Assembly: GCA_002256025.1 (NCBI GenBank)
Contig: NKIB01014125.1
Span: forward strand, 1-47,350
Length of the DNA stretch: 47,350 nt
DNA from: Asterionella formosa
Lineage: Eukaryota
Direction of reading: 5' to 3'
Both the position numbers and the translations under genes were made by a program. Below, one piece after another: positions 1-12,816 of the stretch (position 1 is its first letter; each line of letters begins with the position of its first letter). Under the pieces are notes generated by a model. The model saw only the letters and a program-made list of their open reading frames with translations, did not search any database and was not told where the DNA came from.

Positions 1-539
1 ATCCGAAATAGCTTGCCAGAGATTTATAGGAATTGGATCTCGAACAATCACTGATTGATCACCCATTTATTCGCAAAAGTGGACATTTTCCCTTTGCAAA
101 TGGCCATTGTTGCTGGTCTACCGGTCTTCTGCTACACTAATAATAATCAAGCATCATCACCTTAAAAATTCAACAGTTACTGAATGGCGCAACAGTAAAA
201 GTACTTGCTACTAGTAGCTACTAGCAGCGATTCAGGGAAATTATACGCACAAACAAGGACCAGGTATTGTATATAGTACATCCGAGTATTCATGCGTCTT
301 GTACTATTTATCTAGTAGGTACTAGATACAGGTGCTAGGATTCGGACACACAAATATTGCAACTAGCTACTACTGGCTTCCTGCATGTTTGCCGGAACAG
401 AAAAACTGCGAGCCATCCTCACGTGACTCTATATTTCTCTAATAATTGCACTTTTTCGCAACAATTGCGTTACTCTCCTCTTCTCTCTTTCCTTTCTCCC
501 TTCGAGACTTCCTTCTCGCTCAAGAACAGACCAGCCAAG

Positions 540-2149
540 ATGAGCGATGGTTTCTGTCCTTTCGAGGATCACAGGGCTCAGTATGGTGATGATGATACTA
601 TGTATCCTCATTACCACATCAAGACGAATTTCAGTGTTCCTTTCACTACTGAACAGTTTAAGAGTACTACTTGCGGCAGTATGGACAAGTTACTTGAGAT
701 TGGCATGTTCAAGGATTTCCAGAGAGATCCTGAATTGTCCATGAAGAAACTCTATCTTCGATTGATCAACGCGTATGATAATGAGTCCTTTCTCCCTCAA
801 CGCTATTGGTTGGTCCCCTTCAGTCCTGAGTCTATAGTCTGATCCGCAAGTGATACAGGACTCATGTGGATTATCCACTGCTCTGTTTTCTTGCTTTTTT
901 CACTCATGTGAGCAAAAGTCTCGAGGCTTTAGGAAGATTGTACATTGGTCGCATCAATGTACATGACCCTAATCCTGATGATAGGCTGTACAAGTGGAAA
1001 GTTAGGATCACCCAAATTCCCCTTGACACCTTCGCCACCTCTGAAATCCCTTTGGAGATCAATGAGATTATGACTTTCTTGTCCAAATCTTTTGGTAACG
1101 ATTGGAATTCCGTTGTTACCAACCAAGCTTTATACGCAAATCAGCTCCAGAAGAAGCTTCATGGCAACTTCGTCATTACTATTGACGAGAGGGAGAACTT
1201 GGAGAAGAAGTTCAAGCCTGTAGCTATGGTTATTGTGGAGCAAAAAGAGTTTCCAACTCCTATTGCTTGTATTCACTATCTGGTGACAAGTAATCATAAC
1301 TCAACCCATGATTTGAACAAGTACAAAGAATGTGGAATGGGTCAATTGCTGATCCAAGCTGCTACTCGTCTTTGTATCGATGAGGAGGCCTGGAACTGTG
1401 CATACCCAGGATGTCCTTCCCAACATCAACCAGTTTTTGCGCAAATCCTTGGGATTTTTACACTGCAATCCTATTCCTTGGATGGACAGGATCAATCATC
1501 AACTTGAAAACCTTCTTCATGATGAGAGGAACAAGAACAATGGCGATGTTTGATTCATGCAATTATGGACCTGATATGCCAGAACCAGCAAATTTCGAGA
1601 CCTTTCTTATCGTGCGTTTGCGAACAAATATAGCTGGGAGTCTTCTTTCAGCCACTTATTATGACCTTCTTGATCATCAATTGGAAGAGCAAGCCTATGT
1701 GTACTGGATGTTTTTTTCCAAAAGGGGGTTTCATCTACAAGCAACCAAAAGGTATGTTCGTTTACTATATATGCTGTATTCATATTCATTTATTCATTCA
1801 CACATTCCTTTTTTTGCATTCATCGCCTGACAGAGGGATGAATGCAAAGGCAGCTATCAGGTCAGAGTATGCCCGCTTGGAAGCTCCTTCTTATGCGCTC
1901 GGAAAGCGTGCAAAGAGAGGCACTATACAGAAGGCTGCTTCTATAGTTACAGCAGAATCAACACAGGCCCAATCCCGAGTGTTACAGAAGAGTGTGCCAA
2001 AGAAAGCTGCAAAGACAAGGATGAAGGCTCCTCCAGGATCTGTTGCTCGAAAGCTGTTGCACTCAAGCCTTCTGCCAAGGCTACTCCCAAGCATGATGCT
2101 ACCAAAGCCGTCACATCCAAGGCAGGTGCTTACGTCACAGAATTTTTAG
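540..2149 (+). pseudogene. Degraded multi-exon gene with a GNAT acetyltransferase-like segment and a Lys/Ala-rich tail
   Basis: Adjacent ORFs join in frame through candidate introns 809-912 (GTTGGT...pyrimidine tract...GAG) and 1752-1833 (GTATGT...CAG). ACIHYLVTS...YKECGMGQLLIQAA resembles GNAT motif A, and FLRKSLGF in another frame resembles motif B. Frameshifts are needed around 1390-1550. Confidence 0.35.
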
Positions 2150-2190
2150 AAAAGCTTCGTAGCCCCTTTTTTTCCTATTTTTGCGATAGC

Positions 2191-2313
2191 TATTGTCACG
2201 AACGAGTTGTTCAGATGTAAATAGCGAGTAAATAATTACGTGCTTGTATTGTTGCATTGTGCACGTAATTATTTACTTGCTATTTAAATCTGAACAACTC
2301 GTTCATGACAATA
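2191..2313. repeat. Long hairpin: 53-bp arms, 17-nt loop
   Basis: 2191-2243 is the reverse complement of 2261-2313 with 3 mismatches. Confidence 0.95.
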
Positions 2314-3073
2314 AATAGCGTTTTCTCTGTCAGTGGTGGCTTACATTTCAAAAGTCGCCATAGCGGTGGATTACAGTTTCTTAGTTGTAGTTTAGTTGGC
2401 TTTTGTACCAGTACCACTGTGTTTTTTGTTCCTTGTTTATTACCTGTACAAACGATCAGTATGCCAGTGGACGCGGGCCAGGCACGTCAACGCACCACGA
2501 GCCTCTGATCCTTAGCAAGCCATCAGATAATAATCCAATACCGTTCCTCGTACTGGTCCTGTGGGCGGCAGGAATTATTGGTAGACTACATATGTGGTGC
2601 TGGTAATCATGTGACAAAAGAAAAAGCAGGAGTGATTCCTTGCCACGCTCGTCGTTGCCTTTTCAACCCTAAATATAACGTCTTGTTTGGATTTTTGGAA
2701 CAAGCAATGATTTCACAATGAACCCGTCGCTCGTGGGGTTGGCTTCAAGTTTTTTGACCGAGCTCCCGGCCGGCGGAGAAAGCTACCCCAACGTACAATC
2801 CTCAACGCTCACGTTTGTGCCATTTCGCACGATAGGGCAAGGTGAGTACCGGTATAAGTGCGGTATACCGGTATCAACCAAAAGCAACTCCATGTTTTGA
2901 GCTAGTCTTGTTTTACCCCGTATAAAATTGTTTTATAAACTCAGCGAATTAAATTATTATACGGCAAGCCCGTTTCGGTCCACGGCAACTGCTTCGCTTA
3001 TACGGCAACGCAACATCGCTGCTAGACTGCTTGACTGGTCATCTCAACTTAACGTTCCAACAAGAAAGAGCTC

Positions 3074-5327
3074 ATGACAATGAGACTGTCGAGAACAACT
3101 ATGCTGCTGCTGTGGCTGCTCAGCAGATCGGCTATGGCAACCGACGTGAAGAATGGTAACCACTTGAACAAGCCACGAGCTGATACTCTCGGTTCCGCTT
3201 CAATTCGCGGAGGACCTCGATCTGTAATTAACCGCATTTACAAGGACAACGCATCGGTCCTGAAGGAAGTGCGAGAGGTTGAAGAACGAATGGAACGTAG
3301 CAAAACTGGCTTCAACGGAGATCCAAATCATTTTGTTCCATACGAGAATCATCCATACGACAGAACCAGTCCCAGGCATAGAAACTTGCAAACTAATACC
3401 ACGTCGACATCTACAGACTTGTTTCAAAATCTGCGTATTTCCTTTTTCACTACCGCATTGGATGATATACGTTCTGCGGATAATGGAGCACAAATTGATT
3501 TCATCAAGAGCGAGATTCTTCCGCGCATGTCGGACTTCTGGTCTACGGCTCTGTCTGTGGTGCCTGTCAGTGGAGCATTGAAAGTGAGTGCAAGCGAATT
3601 AGACAATCGTTTATATTGTGGGGATTCGGAGTTTACTGCAGTGCCGAGCGAACATATTTCGACTGGTGTCAGTGGTACTGATTTGATTTTGTATGTAAGC
3701 GGAACCCCTTCCACGAGGTTTTGTTCGGGGACGACTCTGGCGGTGGCAGTTGCGTGCAACTTTGATCAATATGATAGACCAACGGCAGGTTCTATCAATT
3801 TTTGTTTGACTCAAGTTCAATTGAACAGTGCTGGAACGGCGAGTGCGAGCGTTATTCAAGATAATGTTGATGTAGCCATTCATGAAGCCGCTCATGTTCT
3901 GGGCATGTCCTCGAACAGTTATCGCTTCTTTTGGGATTCTGAAACCGGTCAACCAAGAACAGCACGTCCTTTTTACACCTCGACTACAGTATGTGTCAAC
4001 GGTCAAACCCAATCGTTGATTTTGCCAGACGAGGGCACCATGAAGTTTTTTGACGCCGCCAATGGCCAACGGTATGCCAGTATCGTGACACCAAAGGTTC
4101 GCACTGTTGCTCGAAACCAGTTCGATTGCCAGTCTTTGAGTGGTGCGCAACTGGAGAATCAACCGACGGGTAGTGATTCGTGTACGGGTGATCATTGGGA
4201 TGAACGATTGTTTTACCCAGAATCCCTCACTGCGATCATTTCTCCCACCACCAATATTCTGTCGCCACTCACTCTCGCTCTTATGGAGGATTCTGGTTGG
4301 TACAAAGCAAATTACACCCAAAGTCGTGCCAATCCGTGGGGACTTGGGGCTGGTTGCGACTTTACCACGAATCCATGCTTGATTCCAAACGGTAACACGC
4401 CGGACATCCCAGAATACGCTCGAGGATACTTCTGCAACGAAGGCAGCAAGCGAGGATGTGCACCAGAACTAACGCACAAGGTGGCGTGCACAGTGATTGA
4501 TTATAACTACATTTTGCCTCTTACTCTCCCAGACGCAATTTTTCAGTATTTTCCGAACAAGCCAACAACTGGTGGTCCAAGGTATGTACTTAAACTTTTT
4601 TTGTACATCTATTCTCGTTCCCTGCTCACACCAGCTAATGATGAACGTTAGACAAGGAGATTATTGTCCAGTATACGGCTCAACATATCAAGGATTGGAG
4701 GCGGCCCAGTTAGATTGCGAAAATCCTGCCAATGTTGATTCAATCAACTTCTACACGGAAGTATATGGAAGTGATTCCCTGTGTTGGGAAACCTCGACCG
4801 GTGAAGGTCGTTGTTTTCGACATGCTTGTATAAAGGATGAAATGGTGGTCAAAGTAAACGTCCGTGGCGTATGGCTTACTTGCGAGTACGATTTTCAGGA
4901 GTTATCAGTCAAACTAGGTGCTGCTGGCGCGTTGTCGGCCACTATAACGTGCCCTCGATTAAGTAGTGCTTGCCCCGACTTATTTTGTCCATTCAACTGT
5001 GCTGGCCGTGGAATCTGCAACTTTGCATCCGCTGGGAACGGGACTATATCGCCTAAATGCGAGTGTTTTGACACCACGGATACCAGTGAATCGTGTTCTG
5101 ACTCATTGGTTCCAAGCGGAACCTTCCTTGATAATTCTGGAGGATTGGCCAACAATTTGCAGAAGAGCTTTTTTGATCCTCTTATTGCCGTCTTTGTCGA
5201 CCACCCTGATAAGTGGACGACTGCTAGTTGGGCTTGGGCCGCTGGTTTGCTAGTCCTTTTATTGGTTATGCTGCTTTGTATCTGTTCCAGCTTTTGGCCT
5301 ACACCGAAAAAGGGCGTTTCAAAGTAA
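3074..5327 (+). CDS. Leishmanolysin/GP63-like zinc metalloprotease (peptidase M8), type I membrane protein; exons 3074-4581 and 4652-5327 (~727 aa)
   Basis: Signal peptide, HEAAH (3881-3895), ARNQFDC, GAQLENQ, third ligand in HWDER, LMEDSGWY. Splicing the 70-nt GTATGT...GCTAAT...TAG intron restores GGPRQGDYCP. EGF-like Cys cluster and a C-terminal TM helix follow. Confidence 0.93.
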
Positions 5328-5744
5328 TGATAGCTTTCCGGGAGGACGGGGTTGGGAGTGAAAGAGTTGGCTTGTCGCAAGCCTTTTTTGATACGTTTCA
5401 TAGAAATACTGGTGTGTTCTGCATAAGACTAATAAATTGACCCAGTAGCAAGTAACGATTGCGGCTTCGTTGGATGAAATCCTCGTATTGAAGTAAGCAC
5501 GTATTGTGACGATGGTGTAGGAGTTGTGAAAAGTCGCCCTCCTGGTGCGACGAGGTTGCAGTTACAAACACTTTGTTGAACGTTTGTGACTATTCACGTA
5601 CACCGACAGGCAGCGTGATGGGATACAGTTCGCCTTCATCACCTATTGTGTGGTTTGCGATATCGACAGGATTGTGAAGACCATCATGTGCTATGGACAA
5701 GATTAAACTTCAGAAAGGATAAGTTGTTGGTGAGCTGATTTTGA

Positions 5745-7026
5745 TTAGCGCGTTTTAAGTCCCTTACTTTTGCTCTTTGGCTTGATCTCTTCTTCTGTCA
5801 CGCAATGCACCCAAATCTCATCCGGTGTTTGGGGTTGATGAAAGCTTGCGCCCTTGCTCCAATCATAGGAACTTGAGTAAGCAAACATGTTTCCCTGCAT
5901 ATTGAAAGCAGCACAGGAGATAGACCTTTGAATGGGCGGAAATCCCTTCAAACGCTGTTTATTGTCCTTGTCCCAAAAGTTCACCACTCCATCCGACCCA
6001 ACTGTTGCGAAGGTTCCAAAGACATGATGGAAGGCAATTGCATTGACAGCATAAACGTTGTTCTCTTGTCGATGACATTTAAAGGCAAAGGAGTCTTTAC
6101 CTTGTACCTTTTGGAGATAGTGAATCGCGACCCGTCCTTCAATACTTCCGACTGCAAAGCCAGTTTTGTCTGGGAAGGCTGAAACACAACGAGATTGGTA
6201 TTTCAAAGGAGAGTCCTTTTTCGAATGCTCCCTTGGTTGGGGGCCGCTCAAGTCGTAGGAAATAATTTGTCTGTTTGCCGTTGCCACCACCAATAACTGA
6301 TCACACACATCCATACTAAATACTCGCTCCGGCAATTCAATTTGCCCCACAGGGGTCGGAGACCGGCAATCCCAAAATTTCAACTGACGGTCCCAGCCGC
6401 CACTTACTACAAGTGATTTGGAGGGAATAAATTCGACTCCCTTAACAGGCGCATCATGGGCTCCAATTTGTTGAGCTAATTGGTTAGTTTGCCCTGACGA
6501 AAGTTGCCACATGCGAACTGCCTTATCTGTGCCGCAGGAAAAGACAGTGGAGCCGTCGGCCGAAAAGGCTGTGTCTAACACAGATGTGTTTGGTTCATGG
6601 TTCACTGTGGTGATGGGATCAATGTGTGAGCTCGATAAATAACATGAGAAACCGCTAGAGGGCAAGCAAAAAAGTCGAGCCAAAGTGCTAGATTTAGTGT
6701 GTGGTATTAGTGATGACCATCATCGGCCATGCGATCTGTCTCGACAACAATTTCATGATTATATCCGTCGCAATCCTTTAATTTCTCTATATTCCATACT
6801 TCTATCACACCATACACGTACCTTGGGCCTTGGGCATTGCCCTGATTTGCCCTCCCTGCTCCTGGACTTCCCAGCATCGGACCCCTCCGTCCCAATTCGA
6901 CGAGACGAGATAATTCGCTACTGGACTCCAATTCAAGGACGATATCCCATCCGTGCCTGGTTGCGGAATATTGCAGTCATGTGGAGCGATGGATGGCGGT
7001 TTGCTAGCGGCCGGATTGAAAGCCAT
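5745..7026 (-). CDS. RAE1: mRNA export factor RAE1/Gle2 (WD40); exons 7026-6822 and 6604-5745 (~354 aa)
   Basis: DGISSLNWSP, SPLKYQSRC, GSIEGRVAI, FAFKCHR, NAIAFH..GTFATVGSDG, WDKDNKQRLK, SYDWSKG. The 217-nt GTACGT...CAG intron restores KAQVNHE in frame. Confidence 0.93.
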
Positions 7027-8473
7027 GGTGAACAATAAACAAACAAGGAGGCGCCTATCAACCGAGTTCGATCGGTAAGGTTTATTCTGTATGATTTATG
7101 TATTATACTTTACCGGTACAATAGAGCTAATAACAGTATAAACTCGCACTACACGTACCTCCGCGTTGCAGTCATTGGCGTGCTGAAACGGAAAACGTGA
7201 CGCAGGACAGGCGCAGAAACACAACTATATGCAGGTACACAGAGAACGATATCAAGAATTACCTAGGCTATAACTTATCATTGACACAGATACACAGCTT
7301 TTGGGTGATTACCGGTAGTCATGCCATCCTGTGTGTTGCACCTGGCAATCTTGTGAACTGTGTCGGCCATCTCAATCTAAATATGTGTATTGTCTTTCAA
7401 CTCCGAATACATTAGTATGGCTAGAATAGAACAAACCAAAAATGTATTTCCCCCCTTGTTCTCAAAGACAAAAATAGCTAGATTGTATGTATAAACTTTT
7501 CACCAGCAGTCTCCTTGTCAATGAATACTCATCTCCATTGACGAGGAGCAATGACATCGCCTGTTCAAATTTTGTTGATTGACTCATCGCTTGTATGCAC
7601 AACACAACTGATTTGAATTGGAAACAGTATGGCTGTCCAAAGGGAATATTGTGCCAGATTGGCGGTGAACAGCAACTTGAGTTCACCTAACAAGAAATCG
7701 AAAATGATCTTCCTCCCAATTCTGGGAATATGAGAAGAGCCCATGGTATTTCACATTGACAGTTGAAAGTTTTCGCAGCGACCCACAGTTGAACCCCCAT
7801 GTTGCAGAGTTGCTTGGCGATGCAAGCAACATTCCACTATCTCAAGCAGCTCGAAAGCGGGAGGATCGGAAAAATCAACAGCAGAAGTTTGAATTGGATT
7901 TGTTTGGTTTTCAAAATTAGGAAGATTAAGCATGAAAATAGATTGAGTGAACAAAGCAAGTTGGCAAGTCTACATGCAGCAAAAGCATTGGAGGAGACTG
8001 CTAATATAATGTTGCATCGGCAGATAGGGCCAGCTGAATGACCTGGAGAAAACCTTGAAGCCTTTTGGACAGGATGAAGCCATCAATTATTGTCGCAGAA
8101 AAAATTCTAGAGCGCGAGCTGTGATCAAAATGATTCCAAACCCACAAACAGACAGTCAGAGGTTGAAGTGATAATTGTTAATGATCGGTACCAAAAGAAT
8201 ACTAGGTCACAGATTATAGAAGTCTGGGATCCCGAGGATGCTGATGAAGAGTTGATTTACTTTGAAAAGGATAACAAAGGCCTTTGAGTAGTATAGAAGT
8301 TAACAACATATGACAAAGTTTATAATCTATTAAAGCTACTACTAATAAAATTAGTTAACTATTAAAATATAATGAAGCAGCAAAGCTGGTGAGGTGCAAT
8401 TAATTTACTATTATCCTAACTGAAATGATTCATCAATGCCTGAGTGCAAGCTAGCCACTGGCTTTCCAGATCA

Positions 8474-10269
8474 GAAAGTTCCGGTAGTTTTGCTGAAGTG
8501 GAAAAGGTGACGAAAGACAGGCGCTCAGAAAGACTAAACAGAGGACATCATCAACTCTCTCTTTGAATCGACAATATAATGACTTGTTAGTGACGTAAAA
8601 AATTATTTCGTCTAAATGCGGAAACGTCAAAATGATGCAAATACAATGACCGGGGCAATAGAGGGCCGGCACAAAGCAAAAGTAAGCAATAGTAAGCAAG
8701 TCTTGCTAACTTTGCTTTATTCTCTTCAAACTCAAAATCGTTCTCTTTTTTTGGCCGAAGTGATGAAAACAACAAATAATGAAGGGTTTAATATTCAAAT
8801 TCATCATAGGTAACAACTACTAGCGAGTGGTACCCGATATACCTATTACACCATAACACCATATGCATGCTGGCTGGACTCATGCTGCTCAGGGTACCCG
8901 CCAAGGTTACAATCGTAAGCGATTTTATATAATTATTTAGCTTGGATTTTTCGATTTTTATATATATACCGGTATACTGTGTAGTCGTCGTGAGCAGCTG
9001 GGGAATGCATGGTGCATCATGTTGTCTCAGCCTTGACCATGACGAAAATAACGAATATCTAAATGGAAAATGAGAAAGACGCTTTGCTATTAGGTAAATA
9101 AATGATTAAGAAGAATATCGAAAACACAATCGTAAAAGAATAGTTGTAATAACACTAATATTGACAACAAAAAGGGAAGTCGCCGATGGCGTATTTTTAA
9201 TGAAATTTATAGATTCATAATTCTGTTCGAATCTCGTGTCATTTTTGACGCGAATCTTGTGTCAATTGACGACAGTACTTGTGACACTGACTAATAGAGT
9301 ATATACAATTTGGCACACCACGTAGAAATCTGTGTATGACGTAGCCAAACTTTGATACATATACTTTAGCTTAATCAGTATCTTTATAATAATAGGTTTT
9401 GTTTCTGTTTTTTGTTGATACCTTTAGATTGATCTTCATCTCTTCACGAGATCTTGACAATTCAAAGCGACGATGTTATGAGCAGATTTGACTCTTTCAC
9501 AGTAGCTGTAAAACGACTGGAAAGAAGACTAAGAAAATAAGATGATTATTAAAACAATATGTCAAACAAGTTATTTATTGGCTTAGATATGATTGCTTGT
9601 ATCGATGCCGCAAAAAGGATGCATTGTGACATGGGAATGATGGAAGCGAGATGGTGATGAGATTTCAAAATTGTTTGCTTACTAAAGTACTGGTATACTA
9701 TTATCTTCACTATTCGACAGTCAATATAAAATGTCAATAAAGAATTATAGTGTGTTAAAGCTACAAGTACCGACAGACTATGTATTATCTTCATTATTTA
9801 GTCAACAGTCAATTCCCGGTAGCCCGGCAAGATGAGTATGTATTGTACTACATACATAGTTTATAATATTTATATCGGGTCATTGGTATAATGATGCTGG
9901 CAGTTATGAATTTCCAATCCCAAAAACTTTGATACATTTAATTAAGATAAGTTGTTTTCCTCACTTCGGCTGGAAAAGGAGAACGATTTTTAGATTGGAG
10001 AGAATAAAGCAAAGTAAGCAAGACTTGCTTGCATTTTCTTACTTTGCTTACTTCGCTTACGTTTGCTTCGAGCTGCACCTCTATTCCCCCGGTCATTCTT
10101 ATGCTTTGAAGTTCCCTGTTTTGAAGAATAAAATAATCATAAAACCTATGTCACTTAGTGGTGATCATACAACAGCTGATTTTAAAGAACGAATTGATGA
10201 CCTTTTCTATGTATTCAAACGCTTTTCCTGCATCACGTTGTCAATTTCAGAAAAATGACCGCAACTTGC
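8474..10269. mobile_element. Old non-autonomous element with ~300-bp diverged inverted arms (foldback/MITE-like)
   Basis: 8474-8773 aligns to the reverse complement of 9951-10269. Best block: gttgttttc.tcacttcggc...gagaacgatttt...gagaataaagcaaagt.agcaagacttgctt. Both tips carry the GCAAGTTGCGGTAATTTTGCTGAA-like motif. No TSD identified. Confidence 0.7.
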
Positions 10270-11179
10270 AGAACTATTCTATTTCTGCTAATTCTGCCTC
10301 GAGAAGAAAAGATTCTTTCGTTGCACAAAAGTGTCCGAAAATGCACAATGAGTTAGTCAGGGGAATTCATGACTATTCACGCAGTGCAAATTTTCTAGTA
10401 GTCACATACAGAATAAGCAATGCAATGCTGTGTGTCTACATGAATGTCTATATTTAACTTCAAAATGACTTACTCAAGATCCCATAGAAATATCAACTAT
10501 GACAATTAGTACATACATGATAGTTAGTACAAAATGAAACATTGAGATAATATCTTCTATTTTGAGATGCTGTGCACTCTCCGAGATTACTATCGCTCAA
10601 GTTTTCTCATCTATTTCTACAGAAGATAGAAATTATTATCTAATAACATTTATGACGCTAGTCATTGCGGACTCAAGGATGCTTCTATTTTGTTGTTATC
10701 CTCAATACTGAGAAAACGACGACGAAAAACAATTCTAGTGGCAACTTTGATTTTTGTTGTCAATACAGACCATCTTCGCATAGTATCATAAGTAAAAAAT
10801 ACATGCGTTGAGCATTGTCTAAACATAGTAACAGCATTTAGGCATGACATTATATTGCAGCAAGGAGTACCAGTATATTATGAAACCAACTCCAATAAAA
10901 TGTTCATTTCAATGATAGTACAAAAATTGTTCATTTTTTTCGATATTCTTTTTAATAAATGAAAAGGGTCATTTAAAATTTATTTAGGAAAATTTTCCAT
11001 CATTGATAGAAACAATTTTTGATTTGCTAAATATTTGGTCAAAAAAGTTAACACAATTCCCTGGACAAACTCCTTGCTCATTGTGCATTTTTGAACACTT
11101 GATGGAACCCACATACCATCTCCAATTGGATCATCAGTAATTTTTTCAGGTTGTGCTTTCACCCCATTTGGATAGTTGG

Positions 11180-12050
11180 GTAGATCATTGTCGATGTATC
11201 ATCTACTTTCAATAGAATATTATGGAGTATACATCAGGTGACTGATGCATTGTCAACATGCTGTTGACGATGTATGTGATCGAAAACTTTAATGAATGCA
11301 AACCTTTTTTCAGAATACCAATACATCCTTTGATTTCTTTGCAAACGGACTCAAGCATAGCTGACCATCTCATTGCTTACCTGACTGCTAGCAAGTTCAT
11401 ATTTAAGGGATATACAAGACATAGCCAGCAAAGATACTATCCACCATCACAAATAAGCGAAAGTCCATGAAATTATCAATAGTTCCATACTTCATTACTA
11501 CTGCACTCCATCCTTGTGAGTGTAGCCATCCATTTCCTTGTGAAAGATTCAGCACTACAATGTTGGTTCTGACAATTTGTTTGTCGTTTCTAGCTCCAGG
11601 AAGGCCAGGGGAAACTGCTTGAATGAATTTCCGGCTTGTGCTTGCTCATTTGCAATGGATGGGAAACCCTCTTTGCCTGTGTACATGTGAAAATATCGAC
11701 TAGGTCACTGGTCCCAGCCAATGTGAACAAAATTAACTGAACCAACACATTCTGGTAATCCTATGCATGTCAATGTATTCATTGACCACACACCATATTG
11801 TTCGTCATCACATGTGGTAGGTAGATGAATTCATGTTGTTGAAGTGATGCCAATTTGATAAAGAATGAGCAATGTGTTTCTTTCACTAAAATTTGTGTTC
11901 ATACTTACAGCAAAATGAGTGGCAGCTGTCCCAAGTATAAATAAAGCTCCTCCAAATAATTTAAGCTCCAAGTTGTATAGCCACAGCAGTCAACTTTGTC
12001 ATCCTTTCATAATGTCCACCATGTTTCGACAGCCAAATCAAGTAACTGAT
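11180..12050 (-). pseudogene. PIF/Harbinger-type DDE transposase relic
   Basis: Hand translation of the minus strand: GLPECVGSVNFVHIGWDQ*P, YTGKEGFPSIA, PGLPGARNDK, LICDGG, GILKK/RF, VDNASVT*CILHNILL. Many stops and frameshifts; the first catalytic D reads N. Confidence 0.8.
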
Positions 12051-12816
12051 ATCTGAAAACTGTGTAAGGGATCCTGAATATGCGCCTGAATCAATTGGTT
12101 TCCCTTCCATTTGGTTCAGTCAAAGATATGTCCTTAAGAATGGATGGGTCAAAAAAGCGTCCACCAGTAGCATGATTCCTTGGATTTCCTCTTTTAGTGA
12201 GTTCTGTAAATTTTGCGCCCCTTTTCGAATATGTGGTCCTCCCCACCAGAAGAGGATGATGACAGGAGTATTCTGTCATCATCACTGTTGTCCATGTCCC
12301 CCTCCCAGATTTCGAAATGTTGGCAGCCCATTGTTGAGCCTGGTTAAGATGGAAGTCGAATTCTTGGAGACAAAAGGTCCCATCAGGGCCAGCTTGGACT
12401 CCGAGAGAATGCTGTCCTTGGGTACCTGTCATTTGCTTGCTTTCAAACTTCATCTTCAATTTTTGCTAGGCTTAATTTAGCTCCTGTGGTTGCAAATCTG
12501 TTTTGGCCTGAATTACGATTTCTCAAGCTGCTTGTTTCCCTTGGTTTCAATACATATGGCTGATCATTAGTTGAAATCATAGGCAATTGCTTGCCATGTA
12601 TCAAAGAGTGGGTAAATCATGGTTTTAACTTTGCGTAAATCAGTGCAAAATCTCTCGATGGTCGGACATTCCTGATGCATGAATTACTAGCTATATACTG
12701 TCCCAGGTCCCAGGTGCTGTAGATTGCTTATCCAGAAAAGATCACATATTGTATGATCCACATCTGCGTGGGTTTAAAAGTAAGGAGTGCTAAGAACGTA
12801 TGTACAGCGAGCTCCA

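Noticed and set aside
3611..4321. Long antisense ORFs (also 23534-24214 and 40594-41064)
   Set aside because: Shadows of real genes on the opposite strand with no independent motifs.
6605..6821. Long RAE1 intron (217 nt) as a snoRNA host
   Set aside because: Only an imperfect C-box-like GATGATG; no CTGA D box or terminal stem.
7440..8290. Possible degraded coding sequence (also 16270-17700, 29880-30480, 33500-34000, 42950-43700, 44520-45100)
   Set aside because: Coding-like composition but no motif I could assign; probably older TE or gene debris needing a database search.
8451..10258. Similar peptides (LYCPGH/LYSPGH, FKERVDD/FKERIDD) in divergent ORFs as a duplicated gene pair
   Set aside because: Explained by the DNA inverted repeat; frames are not maintained along the arms.
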